Assembly: GCA_036276435.1 (NCBI GenBank) | Contig: DASUOW010000152.1 | Coordinates: 1 to 46,623 of the forward strand | Direction of reading: 5' to 3' | DNA from: Gemmatimonadales bacterium | GTDB lineage: Bacteria; Gemmatimonadota; Gemmatimonadetes; Gemmatimonadales; GWC2-71-9 | DNA: 46,623 nucleotides | Part shown: piece after piece, positions 1-9,144 of the stretch | How the letters are laid out: every line of letters starts with the position of its first letter | Numbering within the stretch: position 1 is the first letter of the stretch | The notes under the pieces: generated by a model | Told to the model about the DNA's origin: nothing | The model's database searches: none | What the model saw: the letters and a program-made list of their open reading frames with translations, nothing else | Made by a program: the position numbers and the translations under genes

Positions 1-1417
1 CCGTCCACTTGGACGAGTCGAGCATGAACGGTACCCGCGTGATCCGGGGTTCGGCGGCGCAGAGGTTCAGGAACGTGGTCATGGCGCGCTCGGAGTCGAG
101 CATCGCCTCGTCCATGTTGATGTCGATCATCTGCGCGCCGCTCTCGACCTGCTGGCGCGCCACCTCGAGCGCTCCCTCGTAGTCGCCGGCGAGGACGAGC
201 TTGGCGAACTTCGCCGAGCCGGTGACGTTGGTGCGCTCGCCCACGTTCACGAAGCCCGTCTCGGGGCCGATGGCGATGGGCTCGAGACCGGCGAGCCGGA
301 GCCGCTTCGGCGGCGTCGGCAGCGTGCGCGGGGCCATCCCCTCGACCGCCTGCACGATGGCGCGGATGTGGGCGGGCGTGGTGCCGCAGCAGCCGCCGGC
401 CATGTTGAGGAAGCCGGCCTCGGCGAACTCGCGCAGCATCCCCGCCATGTACTCCGGGCCCTCGTCGTACTGGCCGAACTCGTTCGGCAGGCCTGCGTTG
501 GGATGCGTGCTGACGTACGTCGGCGCGATGCGCGAGAGCTCCTGCACGTACGGGCGCAGGTCCTTCGCGCCCAGCGCGCAGTTGAGCCCGATGGTGAGGG
601 GCCGCGCGTGCGCCACCGAGTTCCAGAACGCCTCGGTGGTCTGGCCCGAGAGGGTGCGGCCGCTCGCGTCGGTGATGGTGCCCGAGATCATGATCGGCAC
701 CCGCTCGCCCCGCCGGTCGAACACGCCCTCGACGGCGAAGATCGCGGCCTTCGCGTTCAGCGTGTCGAAGATCGTCTCGATCAGGATCAGGTCGGCGCCG
801 CCGTCCAGCAGGCCCTCGGTGGACTCGGTGTAGGCCGCCACCAGCTCGTCGAACGAGACGGCGCGGAACCCCGGGTCGTTCACGTCCGGCGAGAGCGAGC
901 AGGTGCGGTTGGTGGGGCCGAGCACGCCGGCCACGTAGCGCGGCCGCTCGGGCGAGGCCGCCTCGAAGGCGTCCGCCACCGAGCGCGCCAGGCGCGCCGA
1001 GGCCTCCGACAGCTCGCGCGCCAGGTGCGGCATGCCGTAGTCGGCCAGCGACGTGGCGTTCGAGTTGAACGAGTTGGTCTCGAGGATGTCCGCGCCCGCG
1101 TCGAGGTACGCCGCGTGGATGTCGCGGATGATCGCGGGCTGCGTGAGCGTGAGCAGGTCGTTGTGCCCGCGCAGGTCGCTCGGCCAGTCGGCGAAGCGCG
1201 TGCCGCGGTAGTCGGCCTCCTGCAGCCGGTAGCCCTGGATCATCGTGCCCATGGCGCCGTCGATGACGAGGATGCGCTGCTGGAGGAGCGTCTCCAGCGC
1301 GGCGAGGCGGCGCTCACGGGTCCACGGCGTGCCGTCGGCGACGGCCGCCGGCGCCCAGGAGGGCGCGGGGGCGATGGCGATGTCGCCGGCGGCGTGCACG
1401 GCGCAGTCGTGACTCAT
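1..1417 (-). CDS. metH: Cobalamin-dependent methionine synthase, N-terminal part (partial; runs off the window start)
   Basis: It is missing from the ORF track because there is no stop in the window. The ATG at 1417..1415 overlaps the metF stop by 4 nt (ATGA). My translation reads MSHDCAV...[16 protein letters not shown]...DILETNSFN...[10 protein letters not shown]...[11 protein letters not shown]...[12 protein letters not shown]...[16 protein letters not shown]...[11 protein letters not shown]...MLDSSKWT. This matches the Hcy-binding domain and the start of the pterin-binding domain of MetH. Confidence 0.93.
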   Translation of the reverse strand, partial: MSHDCAVHAAGDIAIAPAPSWAPAAVADGTPWTRERRLAALETLLQQRILVIDGAMGTMIQGYRLQEADYRGTRFADWPSDLRGHNDLLTLTQPAIIRDIHAAYLDAGADILETNSFNSNATSLADYGMPHLARELSEASARLARSVADAFEAASPERPRYVAGVLGPTNRTCSLSPDVNDPGFRAVSFDELVAAYTESTEGLLDGGADLILIETIFDTLNAKAAIFAVEGVFDRRGERVPIMISGTITDASGRTLSGQTTEAFWNSVAHARPLTIGLNCALGAKDLRPYVQELSRIAPTYVSTHPNAGLPNEFGQYDEGPEYMAGMLREFAEAGFLNMAGGCCGTTPAHIRAIVQAVEGMAPRTLPTPPKRLRLAGLEPIAIGPETGFVNVGERTNVTGSAKFAKLVLAGDYEGALEVARQQVESGAQMIDINMDEAMLDSERAMTTFLNLCAAEPRITRVPFMLDSSKWT

Positions 1418-2283
1418 GAGGATGCCTCCACGGCGGCCTTCTTCGGCCGGATGCCGAGGATGTGACAGATGGCGAACGAGAGGTCGGCGCGATTGAGGGT
1501 GTAGAAGTGGAACTCGCGCACGCCCTGCTCGGCGAGGCCCTGCACCTGTTCCGCGACGGTGGTGGCGGCCACGAGGCGGCGGGTCTCGACGTCGTCGTCG
1601 AGCCCGTCGAAGCGCTGGCCGAGCCACCGCGGCACGGAGGCCCCCGCCTTCTCGGCGAAGCCCACCATCGTGCGGAAGTTCGTCACCGGCATGATGCCGG
1701 GCACGATCTCGCAGAAGATGCCGCGCCGCCGCACCTTGTCGAGGAAGCGGAAGTAGTGGTCGTTGTCGAAGAAGAACTGCGTGATGGCCCGCGTGGCGCC
1801 GGCGTCGATCTTCCGCTTGAGGTGGTCGAGGTCGAGGTGCGGCGAGGTGGATTCCGGATGGCCCTCGGGGAAGCAGGCCACCGTGATCTCGAAGTCGCCG
1901 ACCGCCTTGAGGCCCGTCACCAGGTCGGCGGCGTAGCGGTAGCCGTCGGCCGGGGGCTCGTACACACCGCCCGCCGGCGGGTCGCCACGCAGCGCCACGA
2001 TGTGGCGCACGCCGGCGTCCCAGTAGTCCCGCGCCACCTGGTCCACCTCCGCGCACGTGGCGGCGACGCACGTCAGGTGCGCCGCCGGCACCAGCGGCGT
2101 CTCGGTCAGGATGCGCTTCACCGTGCGGTGCGTGCGCTCGCGCGTGCTCCCGCCGGCCCCGTAGGTCACGGAGACGAACCGTGGCGCGAGCGGCTCGAGC
2201 CGCTTGATCGCCCGCCAGAGGTTCTCCTCCATCTCGGGGGTCTTCGGCGGGAAGAACTCGAACGAGACCTGCAGTCCGCTCAT
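1414..2283 (-). CDS. metF: 5,10-methylenetetrahydrofolate reductase
   Basis: 289-aa ORF with an ATG start. [15 protein letters not shown]...[13 protein letters not shown]...HLTC...ALRGDPP is typical of the MetF/MTHFR family. It is translationally coupled to metH. Confidence 0.93.
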   Translation of the reverse strand: MSGLQVSFEFFPPKTPEMEENLWRAIKRLEPLAPRFVSVTYGAGGSTRERTHRTVKRILTETPLVPAAHLTCVAATCAEVDQVARDYWDAGVRHIVALRGDPPAGGVYEPPADGYRYAADLVTGLKAVGDFEITVACFPEGHPESTSPHLDLDHLKRKIDAGATRAITQFFFDNDHYFRFLDKVRRRGIFCEIVPGIMPVTNFRTMVGFAEKAGASVPRWLGQRFDGLDDDVETRRLVAATTVAEQVQGLAEQGVREFHFYTLNRADLSFAICHILGIRPKKAAVEASS

Positions 2284-2299
2284 GCGGGTGATGCCTCAC

Positions 2300-2343
2300 A
2301 AAAAGATGCGCCCCCGGGATCCCTGCTAGGGCCCCGGGGGCGC
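2300..2343 (-). terminator. Intrinsic terminator-like hairpin in the metF leader (candidate riboswitch expression platform)
   Basis: On the minus strand, an 11-bp GC stem GCGCCCCCGGG (2343..2333) pairs with CCCGGGGGCGC (2318..2308). There is an inner CCCT/AGGG extension, and the stem is followed directly by ATCTTTTT (2307..2300). The hairpin lies about 17 nt upstream of the metF ATG, inside the 5' leader rather than after a gene. Confidence 0.6.
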
Positions 2344-2394
2344 AGCTTTAGCAGGTTGTTTTACGTGGCCGCAATCGGCTCAAATCGCCACGGT
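2341..2394 (-). promoter_or_regulatory. Candidate SAM-II-like riboswitch aptamer upstream of metF-metH
   Basis: Minus-strand RNA: ACCGUGGCGAUUUGAGCCGAUUGCGGCCACGUAAAACAACCUGCUAAAGCUGCG. CGUGGC/GCCACG form a 6-bp stem enclosing a U-rich loop (GAUUUG..GAUUGC). A 3' tail ending GCUAAAGCUGC resembles, from memory, the conserved SAM-II (metA motif) core. The tail overlaps the 5' arm of the downstream terminator by 3 nt. The gene context (metF-metH) fits SAM control. Confidence 0.45.
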
Positions 2395-2424
2395 ATTCAA
2401 TTTTGACTTCTCACAAGCAAATCT

Positions 2425-2439
2425 CGGACCGACGGTCCG
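2425..2439 (-). terminator. Small hairpin after the yggU stop (weak terminator candidate)
   Basis: CGGACC-gtc-GGTCCG (6-bp stem, 3-nt loop) lies 14 nt downstream of the DUF167 stop and is followed by AGATTTGCTTG on the minus strand. The stem is short and the T-tract is poor. Confidence 0.3.
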
Positions 2440-2452
2440 TTCGTGCAAGCCC

Positions 2453-2749
2453 TCACCCCGCGGGTACCCCGAGGCGCCGCGCCACCTCGGTGGGGGCGAG
2501 ACCGGCCACCTGGACGGCCTTGCTGCGGCTCGAGAGGCCGCCCACCAGGGTCACCGCCGCGCGGGGTAACTCCAAGGCGTCCGCGAGGAAGCGCACCAGC
2601 GCCTCGTTGGCGGCGCCGTCCACCGGCGGGGCGGCGAGCCGCACCTTGAGGGCGTCCCCGTGCGGGCCCGCCACCTCGTTCCGGGAGGCCCGCGGCTGCA
2701 CCCGGAGCGCCAATCGCGTCCCGTCGCCGGCCGCGGTGGCCCAGGTCAT
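2453..2749 (-). CDS. yggU: DUF167 (YggU) family protein
   Basis: This is the C-terminal 98 aa of over-extended ORF 2453..3481. MTWATAAGDGTRLALRVQPRASRNEV...LKVRLAAPPVDGAANEALVRFLADALELPRAAVTLVGGLSSRSKAVQV matches the DUF167 pattern. The ATG at 2749 overlaps the yggT stop (ATGA). Confidence 0.85.
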   Translation of the reverse strand: MTWATAAGDGTRLALRVQPRASRNEVAGPHGDALKVRLAAPPVDGAANEALVRFLADALELPRAAVTLVGGLSSRSKAVQVAGLAPTEVARRLGVPAG

Positions 2750-3336
2750 GTGCCGAGGAGGCGCAACACCGCCCAGCGGAGCACCATCAACACCAGGTAG
2801 GCCACGATGGGGCTGAAGTCGAACGCGCCCATGGGCGGCATCCGGCGCCGGATGGGTTCGAGCAGCCAGTCGGTGAGCCACACGAACGGCCGCATCCATT
2901 TGGCGTACTCCGACACGCCGAACCACGACGAGAATACCCGCACCAGCAGCGCGATGTTGAGCACGGTGAACACCCAGCTCACCAGCTGGAACACCAGCGC
3001 GCGCGGGCCCGCGTCGGCCACGTAGGCGAGGTCCATGACGAACTGCATCAGCCAGCGCACCAGCGCCAGGAGCACCAGCCCGCCCACGATGACGCCGCCG
3101 ATGAGCCACAGCGGCCCATCCTGCGGATTGCCGCCGGCGCGCAGCAGGCGGCGCTCGATGGGGTGCAGCACCGGGTCGCTCGCCTTGCGCACCAGCCGCG
3201 GCCACGCGCCGAACGGCTGCAGCCGCTTCGAGCGCACCAGCCAGTGGGTGACGGCCACGACCGATGCATAGCCGAATCCCACGACGATGAGGCCGCGCAG
3301 GACGCGGTCGAGCCACAGGGCGATCTCGGCGGCCAT
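2746..3336 (-). CDS. yggT: YggT family integral membrane protein
   Basis: Within ORF 2746..3402 I chose the ATG at 3336 (MAAEIALWLDRVLRGLIVVGF...). The protein has four hydrophobic segments with a duplicated YGGT-type repeat (..PIERRLLRAGGNP.. and ..LLEPIRRRMPPMGAFDFSPIVAYL..). Its start overlaps the upstream stop by 1 nt (TGATG). Confidence 0.8.
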   Translation of the reverse strand: MAAEIALWLDRVLRGLIVVGFGYASVVAVTHWLVRSKRLQPFGAWPRLVRKASDPVLHPIERRLLRAGGNPQDGPLWLIGGVIVGGLVLLALVRWLMQFVMDLAYVADAGPRALVFQLVSWVFTVLNIALLVRVFSSWFGVSEYAKWMRPFVWLTDWLLEPIRRRMPPMGAFDFSPIVAYLVLMVLRWAVLRLLGT

Positions 3337-3773
3337 CACCTGGGCGCGGCGGGAACGGGGCGTGCCACCTCGTACGTCCGCATCTCCGCGGCCGACTCGC
3401 ATGCCACGGTGAAGCGACCCTCGTTGAGCGACGCCTGCTCGAGCACGTCCTCGGTCGCCGAGCAGGCGACGATGCCGTCACCGGCGCGACGGAGGGTGCT
3501 CGTGAAGGCGATCGGGGCGGTGCCCGTGAGGAGGCGGGCGGTGGTGGGCGTGAGGCTGTCCACGCCCAGGTCGCGCAGGGCGTCGGCGGGGCGGCCCATG
3601 TGGGCGCTGCGATATTCGACGGCGCGATCGATCAGCTCGAACAGCTCGTTGCCGAGTGTCGTGGCGTCCGCCGGCACGTCGTCACGGGTGGCACCGTCCA
3701 CGACCGGTGGGGGGGCCGGCTTGCCGCACGCGATCACGAGCAGGACTCCCGCCGTCGCGAAGCGACGGATCAC
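3336..3773 (-). CDS. Lipoprotein of unknown function (145 aa)
   Basis: This is the tail of spurious ORF 3336..4583. The GTG at 3773 overlaps the desaturase stop (GTGA). The N-terminus VIRRFATAGVLLVIACGKPAPPP has a signal peptide and a lipobox (L-V-I-A-C). I recognised no family. Confidence 0.6.
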   Translation of the reverse strand: MIRRFATAGVLLVIACGKPAPPPVVDGATRDDVPADATTLGNELFELIDRAVEYRSAHMGRPADALRDLGVDSLTPTTARLLTGTAPIAFTSTLRRAGDGIVACSATEDVLEQASLNEGRFTVACESAAEMRTYEVARPVPAAPR

Positions 3774-4744
3774 GGCAGCCCGAACTCGCGATTGAACACC
3801 ACCTCGAACTGGAAGGTGCGTGCGCGGCTGCGCGTCTCGATGAGGTCGGCGATGCGCTCGAGGCGGCTCGGGATGCCCAGGATCTTCTCCTGCGCCTTCC
3901 GCCCCATGTCCGAAAGGCCGGTGATGTGCTCGATGCCCCAGGCGCGGATCTGCTCCTGCACGATCTTGAGGTAGTCGCGCGGGCCGTAGATGCCGGTGCG
4001 GCGGATCACGTCGGCGAGATCCTTGAAGCCGGGCATGGTGTGCCCCGGCATCTCGATGCCGGGCATGATGTGGGCGGCCGACTCGAGCGCCTGGTTCGGG
4101 TCGCGCTTGAGGATCTCGGCGAACACCTTGCGATAGAAGGCGAAGTGGCGCGCCTCGTCCTGGGCCACCTCGTGCAGGATCTTCCCGAGTCCCGGCTCGT
4201 ACTCGCCCACGATGCGCCCCGTCGCGGCGTGCGAGTACTGCGTGGCGCGCTCCTGCAGCGTGGTGTAGACGAACACCCGGTAGGGATCGTAGTCCCAGCC
4301 CGGATGGAAGCCTTCCTTGAGGTAGTCGAACTGCATCACCTCGAGGGTGCGCTGGTCGAAGAGCTCGGTGTCGCGGGTGTAGTCGTGCAGCACCTGGCCG
4401 TGGCGATCCTCCTCCGCGGTCCAGAGGTTGTTCCACTTGCGCCAGAAGCTGTCGTCGCCGAGGTGCACCGCGAGGAGGCGGTGGAAGTGGGGCAGGCCCT
4501 CTTCGGTCAGCGTGTTGAGCGCGAGGGCGGCGCGGGCGTTGTCGGGGATGCCCCGGGCCTGGTCGCGGAGCTTGCGCAGCCACTCGAGGCGGTCCTGCTC
4601 GGGCTCGGCGCCGAGCAGGTCGCTCGGGAACCAGATGGTCCGCTTCCGCTCATGGGCTTCCATGAGGTCGTGGACCTTCTTCTCGAGGTCCTTGAGGACC
4701 TCGACCTTGGAGAAGAGCTCGCGTGCGGAATCGGTGAGACTCAT
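3770..4744 (-). CDS. Soluble acyl-ACP desaturase family di-iron protein (DesA-like)
   Basis: 324 aa. It carries two EExxH-type iron motifs (WTAEEDRHG and AQDEARHFAFY), plus LNTLTEEGLPHF, as in stearoyl-ACP delta-9 desaturase and mycobacterial DesA1/DesA2. Confidence 0.88.
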   Translation of the reverse strand: MSLTDSARELFSKVEVLKDLEKKVHDLMEAHERKRTIWFPSDLLGAEPEQDRLEWLRKLRDQARGIPDNARAALALNTLTEEGLPHFHRLLAVHLGDDSFWRKWNNLWTAEEDRHGQVLHDYTRDTELFDQRTLEVMQFDYLKEGFHPGWDYDPYRVFVYTTLQERATQYSHAATGRIVGEYEPGLGKILHEVAQDEARHFAFYRKVFAEILKRDPNQALESAAHIMPGIEMPGHTMPGFKDLADVIRRTGIYGPRDYLKIVQEQIRAWGIEHITGLSDMGRKAQEKILGIPSRLERIADLIETRSRARTFQFEVVFNREFGLP

Positions 4745-4758
4745 GACCGCCTGTGGGT

Positions 4759-4797
4759 GCGGGTAGGGATGCTTCTGAAAAGTAATCCCGTACCCGC
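4759..4797 (-). other. Stem-loop between the GNAT stop and the desaturase start
   Basis: GCGGGTAGGGAT (4759..4770) pairs with ATCCCGTACCCGC (4785..4797) with a 1-nt bulge and a 14-nt loop. It could be the GNAT terminator or a desaturase leader element. Confidence 0.4.
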
Positions 4798-4813
4798 TCA
4801 GGTCGATTGCCGG

Positions 4814-5239
4814 CTACTCGTGGAGGGGCATCTCCATCAGCGTCCAGGTCCGCCCGAACATGTAGCGCGGGCGGCGGACCACCCGCTCCCATCCGAGCGT
4901 CTCCAGCATCGTCTCGGCGCGCTGGTCGTCGGTCCAGAACTCGGCCAGGTCGGCGCCTTCCTCCTTCGCGCGCTCCTCGAACGCCTGCAGGAGCGTGTGG
5001 GCGTGCCCCTGGCCGCGGTGGCTCTCCGCGACGGCGAGGTCGAGCAGGTGCGCGACGCCACCCCGCACGTAGAAGCGCAGCCCACCGACCCAGTCGCCGA
5101 GCTCGCTCGTGAGCCCGATGTAATGGTCGTGGAATCCGGTGGGGTGTCCGGCCTCCTCGGCCTCGCGCTCGAGGAGCTCGTTGAGCCACTCGGCGAAGTC
5201 CTGGTGCCGGTCCATCGAGGTGACCTTCACGTCGTTCAT
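4814..5239 (-). CDS. GNAT family N-acetyltransferase
   Basis: 141 aa. LLDLAVAESHRGQGHAHTLLQAFEERAKEEGA is a GNAT motif A-like acetyl-CoA site. A GGAGGAG Shine-Dalgarno lies just upstream of the ATG at 5239. Confidence 0.8.
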   Translation of the reverse strand: MNDVKVTSMDRHQDFAEWLNELLEREAEEAGHPTGFHDHYIGLTSELGDWVGGLRFYVRGGVAHLLDLAVAESHRGQGHAHTLLQAFEERAKEEGADLAEFWTDDQRAETMLETLGWERVVRRPRYMFGRTWTLMEMPLHE

Positions 5240-5507
5240 CTACTCCTCCAGCCTGTCGGACCGGCAGGGCCTTCTCACCGGTCTACACGAACGCAGCATA
5301 TCAAGTGCCACCCGGACCGGGTGACGCGACGCCGGGTACCAGTGGCCTTGCGACTTTCTATGTCGTGATGGGATAGCAAGTTGCCTGTCCGCCCGGCGCG
5401 CGACAAGTTCAAGGTGCACGGTGCCCGGCGTGTCGTCCTGTCGCAATCGGGGCGTATCGTCGGAAAGTGCGTCCGCAAAAGGCTACGACTGCGTCGGAGT
5501 AATCAAG

Positions 5508-5948
5508 ATGAGTTCATCCACGATATCCAGACGTGCCATCGTCCGCTGCCCGTTCTGCGACACGGCCAACCGGGTCGATCTCGTCCGCCTGGCCGATGGA
5601 CCCCGGTGCGGCGGCTGCCAGCGTCCGCTGCGACTCGACCGTCCGCTCGTCGCCACCGATGCGACACTCGACCAGCTGTTGCAGGGGGCCGAGGTGCCGG
5701 TGCTGGTGGACTTCTACGCCGACTGGTGCGGGCCCTGCAAGGTCATGGCGCCGACACTCGACGGCTTCGCGCACGACCGGGCCGGGGAAGTACTGGTGCT
5801 CAAGCTCGACACCGACGCGAATCCGATCGCGGCGCAGCGCTTCGGGATCCGCGGCATCCCGACGCTCATCGCGTTCCGCGGCGGGAAGGAATCGGGTCGC
5901 CACGTGGGCGCCACCGATCGCGCCACGCTCGAGCAGCTCGCGCGCTGA
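5508..5948 (+). CDS. trxC: Thioredoxin 2-type thioredoxin with an N-terminal zinc finger
   Basis: I chose the internal ATG at 5508 (GGAG lies 9 nt upstream). It has two CxxC pairs (CPFC...CGGC) followed by a thioredoxin fold with the WCGPC active site and RGIPTLI. Confidence 0.88.
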   Translation: MSSSTISRRAIVRCPFCDTANRVDLVRLADGPRCGGCQRPLRLDRPLVATDATLDQLLQGAEVPVLVDFYADWCGPCKVMAPTLDGFAHDRAGEVLVLKLDTDANPIAAQRFGIRGIPTLIAFRGGKESGRHVGATDRATLEQLAR

Positions 5949-5951
5949 GCG

Positions 5952-7505
5952 TCAGGCGAGCGTGGGGACGAAGGTCGGTGCGCGGCGCACCTTCGTCGCC
6001 TGCTCGAAGGCGTAGGCGAAGGCGAGCAACCGGGCCTCGTCGCGCGACTTGCCCATGAGGGTTAGGCCCACCGGCAGCTGGCGCACGGAACCCGCGGGCA
6101 CGGTGATGGCCGGATAGCCGCTGACCGCCGACAGGGCCGAATTGCCGCCGCCGAAGTGGTCGCCGGTGAGCAGGTCGGTGACCCACGCAGGCCCGCCCGT
6201 GGGTGCCACGATCGCGTCGAGCCGGTGCTTCGCGAACGCCGCGTCGAGCCCTTCCGTGCGCGCGTAGCGGCGGCTTGCCGCGAGCGCCTTCCGGTAGGCC
6301 GGTTCCGTGAGCGGGCCCTTCTTCTCCGCCATCTCGAACAGCTCCTGCCCGAACCACTGCAGCTCGCGGTCGGCGTTCGCGGTGTTGAACGCGATCAGGT
6401 CGGCGAGCGTGCGGTGCGGCTGGTCGGTGCGGGTGGCCAGGTAGGCCGCGAGGTCGCTCTTGAACTCGTAGAGCAGCACCTCGAACTCCGGCTCGCCCAC
6501 CTTCTTCGCGCTCGGGATCCGCACGGGATCGACGAGCTCGGCGCCCGCGTGCCGCAGCGCCGCGAGCGACTCCTCCATGATGGCATCGACCCGGGCGTCG
6601 AAGCCGAAGTCCTGCCGCAGCACGCCGATGCGGGCACCGTCGAGCGCGCCCGGCTCCAGCAGGCGGGAGTAGTCGCCGCCGCCGAGCGCCAGCGCGGACA
6701 GCAGCGCGGCGGCGTCAGTGACGGTGCGCGCCATCGGGCCGGCCGTGTCCTGCGAATGCGAGATCGGCACGATGCCGTCGCCGGGCAGCAGGCCCACGGT
6801 GGGCTTGAGGCCGACGAGCCCGCACTGATGGCTCGGGCAGACGATGGAGCCGTCCGTCTCGGTGCCGATGCCCACCACGGCGAGGTTGGCGGAAATGGCG
6901 GCACCGGTGCCCGAGCTCGAGCCGCAGGGGTTGCGGTCGAGCACGTACGGGTTGCGCGTCTGGCCGCCGCGCCCGCTCCAGCCGCTGCTCGAGCGGGTGG
7001 AGCGGAAGTTGGCCCACTCGCTCAGGTTCGTCTTGCCGAGGATGACGGCGCCGGCCGCGCGCAGCCTCGCGGCCACGCCCGCGTCACGCGGCGCGCTCGT
7101 GTCGGCGAGGGCCAGCGAGCCGGCGCTGGTCTTCATCCGGTCGCCGGTGTCGATGTTGTCCTTGATGAGCACCGGGATGCCGTGCAGCGGCCCGCGCACG
7201 CGGCCGGCGCGGCGCTCGTCGTCGAGCGTCGCGGCGATGGCGAGCGCCTCGGGATTCGTCTCGAGCACGCTGCGGAGCGCCGGGCCCGCGCGATCGACCT
7301 GGGCGATGCGCTGCAGGTAGTGCTCCACGAGGTCGCGCGCGCCGAAGCGGCCGGCGGCCATGCCGGACTGCAGTTCGGCGATGGTGACCTCGTCCATGGT
7401 GATGTCGAGGCCCGGGCGCGCGCCCGGCACGGCCGGCGTGCCGGGCGTCCATTTCGCGAGGCCGGCCGCGCCGGCCATGCCCGCGAGGAAGTCCCGTCGT
7501 TCCAT
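5952..7505 (-). CDS. Amidase-signature family amidase with a Tat signal
   Basis: This is the C-terminal 517 aa of fused ORF 5952..8786, starting at the ATG at 7505. [17 protein letters not shown] is a twin-arginine signal. [11 protein letters not shown] and GSSSGTGAA are AS-family catalytic motifs. Confidence 0.88.
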   Translation of the reverse strand: MERRDFLAGMAGAAGLAKWTPGTPAVPGARPGLDITMDEVTIAELQSGMAAGRFGARDLVEHYLQRIAQVDRAGPALRSVLETNPEALAIAATLDDERRAGRVRGPLHGIPVLIKDNIDTGDRMKTSAGSLALADTSAPRDAGVAARLRAAGAVILGKTNLSEWANFRSTRSSSGWSGRGGQTRNPYVLDRNPCGSSSGTGAAISANLAVVGIGTETDGSIVCPSHQCGLVGLKPTVGLLPGDGIVPISHSQDTAGPMARTVTDAAALLSALALGGGDYSRLLEPGALDGARIGVLRQDFGFDARVDAIMEESLAALRHAGAELVDPVRIPSAKKVGEPEFEVLLYEFKSDLAAYLATRTDQPHRTLADLIAFNTANADRELQWFGQELFEMAEKKGPLTEPAYRKALAASRRYARTEGLDAAFAKHRLDAIVAPTGGPAWVTDLLTGDHFGGGNSALSAVSGYPAITVPAGSVRQLPVGLTLMGKSRDEARLLAFAYAFEQATKVRRAPTFVPTLA

Positions 7506-7507
7506 GC

Positions 7508-8860
7508 TCAGCTCCACCCGATGGCGACCGCGATCGCGATCGCGACCATGCAGATCCCCGACAGCACCAGCGTGGGGCGCCACACCCAGCGGAGCCACTC
7601 GTCGTACCCGACGCCGGTGGCGGCCAGCATGGCGAGCAGCGGGCCGGACGTCGGGATGAAGACGTCGGCCATGCCGGCGCCGAACTGGTAGGCGAGCACC
7701 GCCACCTGGCGCGACAGGCCGATCAGGTCGGAGACCGGGGCCAGTACCGGCATCGTCAGCACCGCGTGGCCGCTCGTGCTGGGCACCGGGACGTGGATGA
7801 GGCCGTGCGCCGCGAACATGCCCAGCGCCGCGGCGGTGCGTGGCAGGTGCGCCAGCGGCGTCGCGATGGCGTGCACGAGCGTGTCGACGATGTGACCCTG
7901 CTCGAGCACCACGAAGATGCCGCGCGCCACGCCAATGAGCAGCGCGCTGAAGGTCATGTCGCGCGCGCCGGCGACGAGCGCGTCGGCGGTGCCGTTGATG
8001 CCCAGGCCGCCCACGATCCCCGTGATGAGCCCCATCGCCAGGAACAGCATCGCCATCTTGTCGAAATCCCAGCCCCACTGCTGCGCACCCAGCAGGAAGA
8101 ACACGAACGTGAGGCCCACGACGAGGAGGACCACCACGTTGCGCCCCGACATGGAGGGGGCGGTGCCGGTGCGATCGTGCGCGGCGGCCAGCGCCGAACC
8201 GTTCGCCATCGCGAGGCGCCGCAGCGCCCAGAGCCAGTAGCCCACGCCGATGGCGAGGAACACCGTCCGGAAGCGCCAGCCCGAGCCCACCGGCACCTCG
8301 GCGACCTTCTGGGCGATGGTCACCATGAACGGGTCGACCGGCGAGAACGCGGCGGCCACCGTCGCCACGCCGAAGCTCATCGCGACGGCCATGAGCGGCG
8401 GCATGCCCAGCGCCGCGCAGAGCATCAGCAGGAGCGGTGCGAAGGCGACCAGTTCCTCCGACATCTGCAGCAGGGCGCCGGCCGCGGCGAAGACCAGCGC
8501 CACCGCGGGAATCACCAGCAGGCCCCGGCCCTGGAAGCGTCGGACCAGCGCATCGATCGCGGCGCGCAGCGCGCCGGTCCGCTCCACGACGGTGAAGCCC
8601 GCCCCGGAAAGGAAGACGAGCGCGATCACGCTCGCGGCCTGGATGATGCCGCGCGGGACCGCGGAGAGCGCCTCGACGATGCCCACCGGTGTGGCGGGCA
8701 CCGCCTTGTAGGTGCCCGCGACCACGACCGCCCGGCCGGTGGCCGGGTCGTCGCGACGCTCGAATTCCCCGGCGGGGACCACCCACGTCAGCATCGCCGC
8801 GATGGCGATGCAGGACAGCAGCAGGACGAACGGGTGGGGAAAGCGCCGGGCGGCCGTCAC
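7508..8860 (-). CDS. yfcC: YfcC family (DcuC-like) membrane transporter
   Basis: 450 aa with a GTG start at 8860. It is polytopic. The C-terminal STSGHAVLTMPVLAPVSDLIGLSRQVAVLAYQFGAG...IPTSGPLLAML closely parallels E. coli YfcC ([36 protein letters not shown]). Confidence 0.85.
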   Translation of the reverse strand: MTAARRFPHPFVLLLSCIAIAAMLTWVVPAGEFERRDDPATGRAVVVAGTYKAVPATPVGIVEALSAVPRGIIQAASVIALVFLSGAGFTVVERTGALRAAIDALVRRFQGRGLLVIPAVALVFAAAGALLQMSEELVAFAPLLLMLCAALGMPPLMAVAMSFGVATVAAAFSPVDPFMVTIAQKVAEVPVGSGWRFRTVFLAIGVGYWLWALRRLAMANGSALAAAHDRTGTAPSMSGRNVVVLLVVGLTFVFFLLGAQQWGWDFDKMAMLFLAMGLITGIVGGLGINGTADALVAGARDMTFSALLIGVARGIFVVLEQGHIVDTLVHAIATPLAHLPRTAAALGMFAAHGLIHVPVPSTSGHAVLTMPVLAPVSDLIGLSRQVAVLAYQFGAGMADVFIPTSGPLLAMLAATGVGYDEWLRWVWRPTLVLSGICMVAIAIAVAIGWS

Positions 8861-9130
8861 CTACAGCGTCTTACAGATCTTCTTGACCGGCACGACCTTC
8901 CCGCAGGCGATCGTCTCGTCCATGCCGCCCGTGATCGGGCCGCACGCGGTGGAGACCGCGTTGCGCACCGCCTCCTCCTCCGTGGCCGCCGAGGCGGTGG
9001 CCGAGTTGGTGCGGCCGCGGAAGTCGATGTCGACGGCGCACTCGTGGTTCTGCGAGGCGAGCGTGCTGTACAGCAGGTAGCCGCCGAGGAGGAGGAGGAT
9101 GGCGACGGTGATGAGGTTGCCCTTCTTCAT
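8861..9130 (-). CDS. Small secreted or membrane-anchored protein (89 aa) with 4 Cys
   Basis: ATG at 9130 within ORF 8861..9220. MKKGNLITVAILLLLGGYLLYSTLA is a signal peptide or anchor. The mature part has 4 cysteines. I recognised no family. Its stop abuts the yfcC start. Confidence 0.5.
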   Translation of the reverse strand: MKKGNLITVAILLLLGGYLLYSTLASQNHECAVDIDFRGRTNSATASAATEEEAVRNAVSTACGPITGGMDETIACGKVVPVKKICKTL

Positions 9131-9144
9131 GGGGCGCTCCGGTC

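Noticed and set aside
5240-5507. Small ORFs in the GNAT/trxC divergent spacer (5240..5446 -, 5275..5478 -, and the 5' part of 5421..5948 +).
   Set aside because: They have no Shine-Dalgarno, their composition is Arg/Pro-rich, and they overlap one another. The spacer is more plausibly promoter DNA, and trxC has a good Shine-Dalgarno at its internal ATG at 5508.
7506-8786. N-terminal 427 codons of ORF 5952..8786, which would make a 944-aa amidase. Similar upstream extensions occur in 2453..3481, 9478..10815, 14149..15588, 15686..16993, 17984..19042, 20554..23481 and 31570..32355.
   Set aside because: The extensions overlap better-supported genes in another frame and are Arg/Gly/Pro-rich. Each real protein has a sensible internal start (Tat or signal peptide, a family N-terminus, or a 4-nt overlap with the upstream stop).
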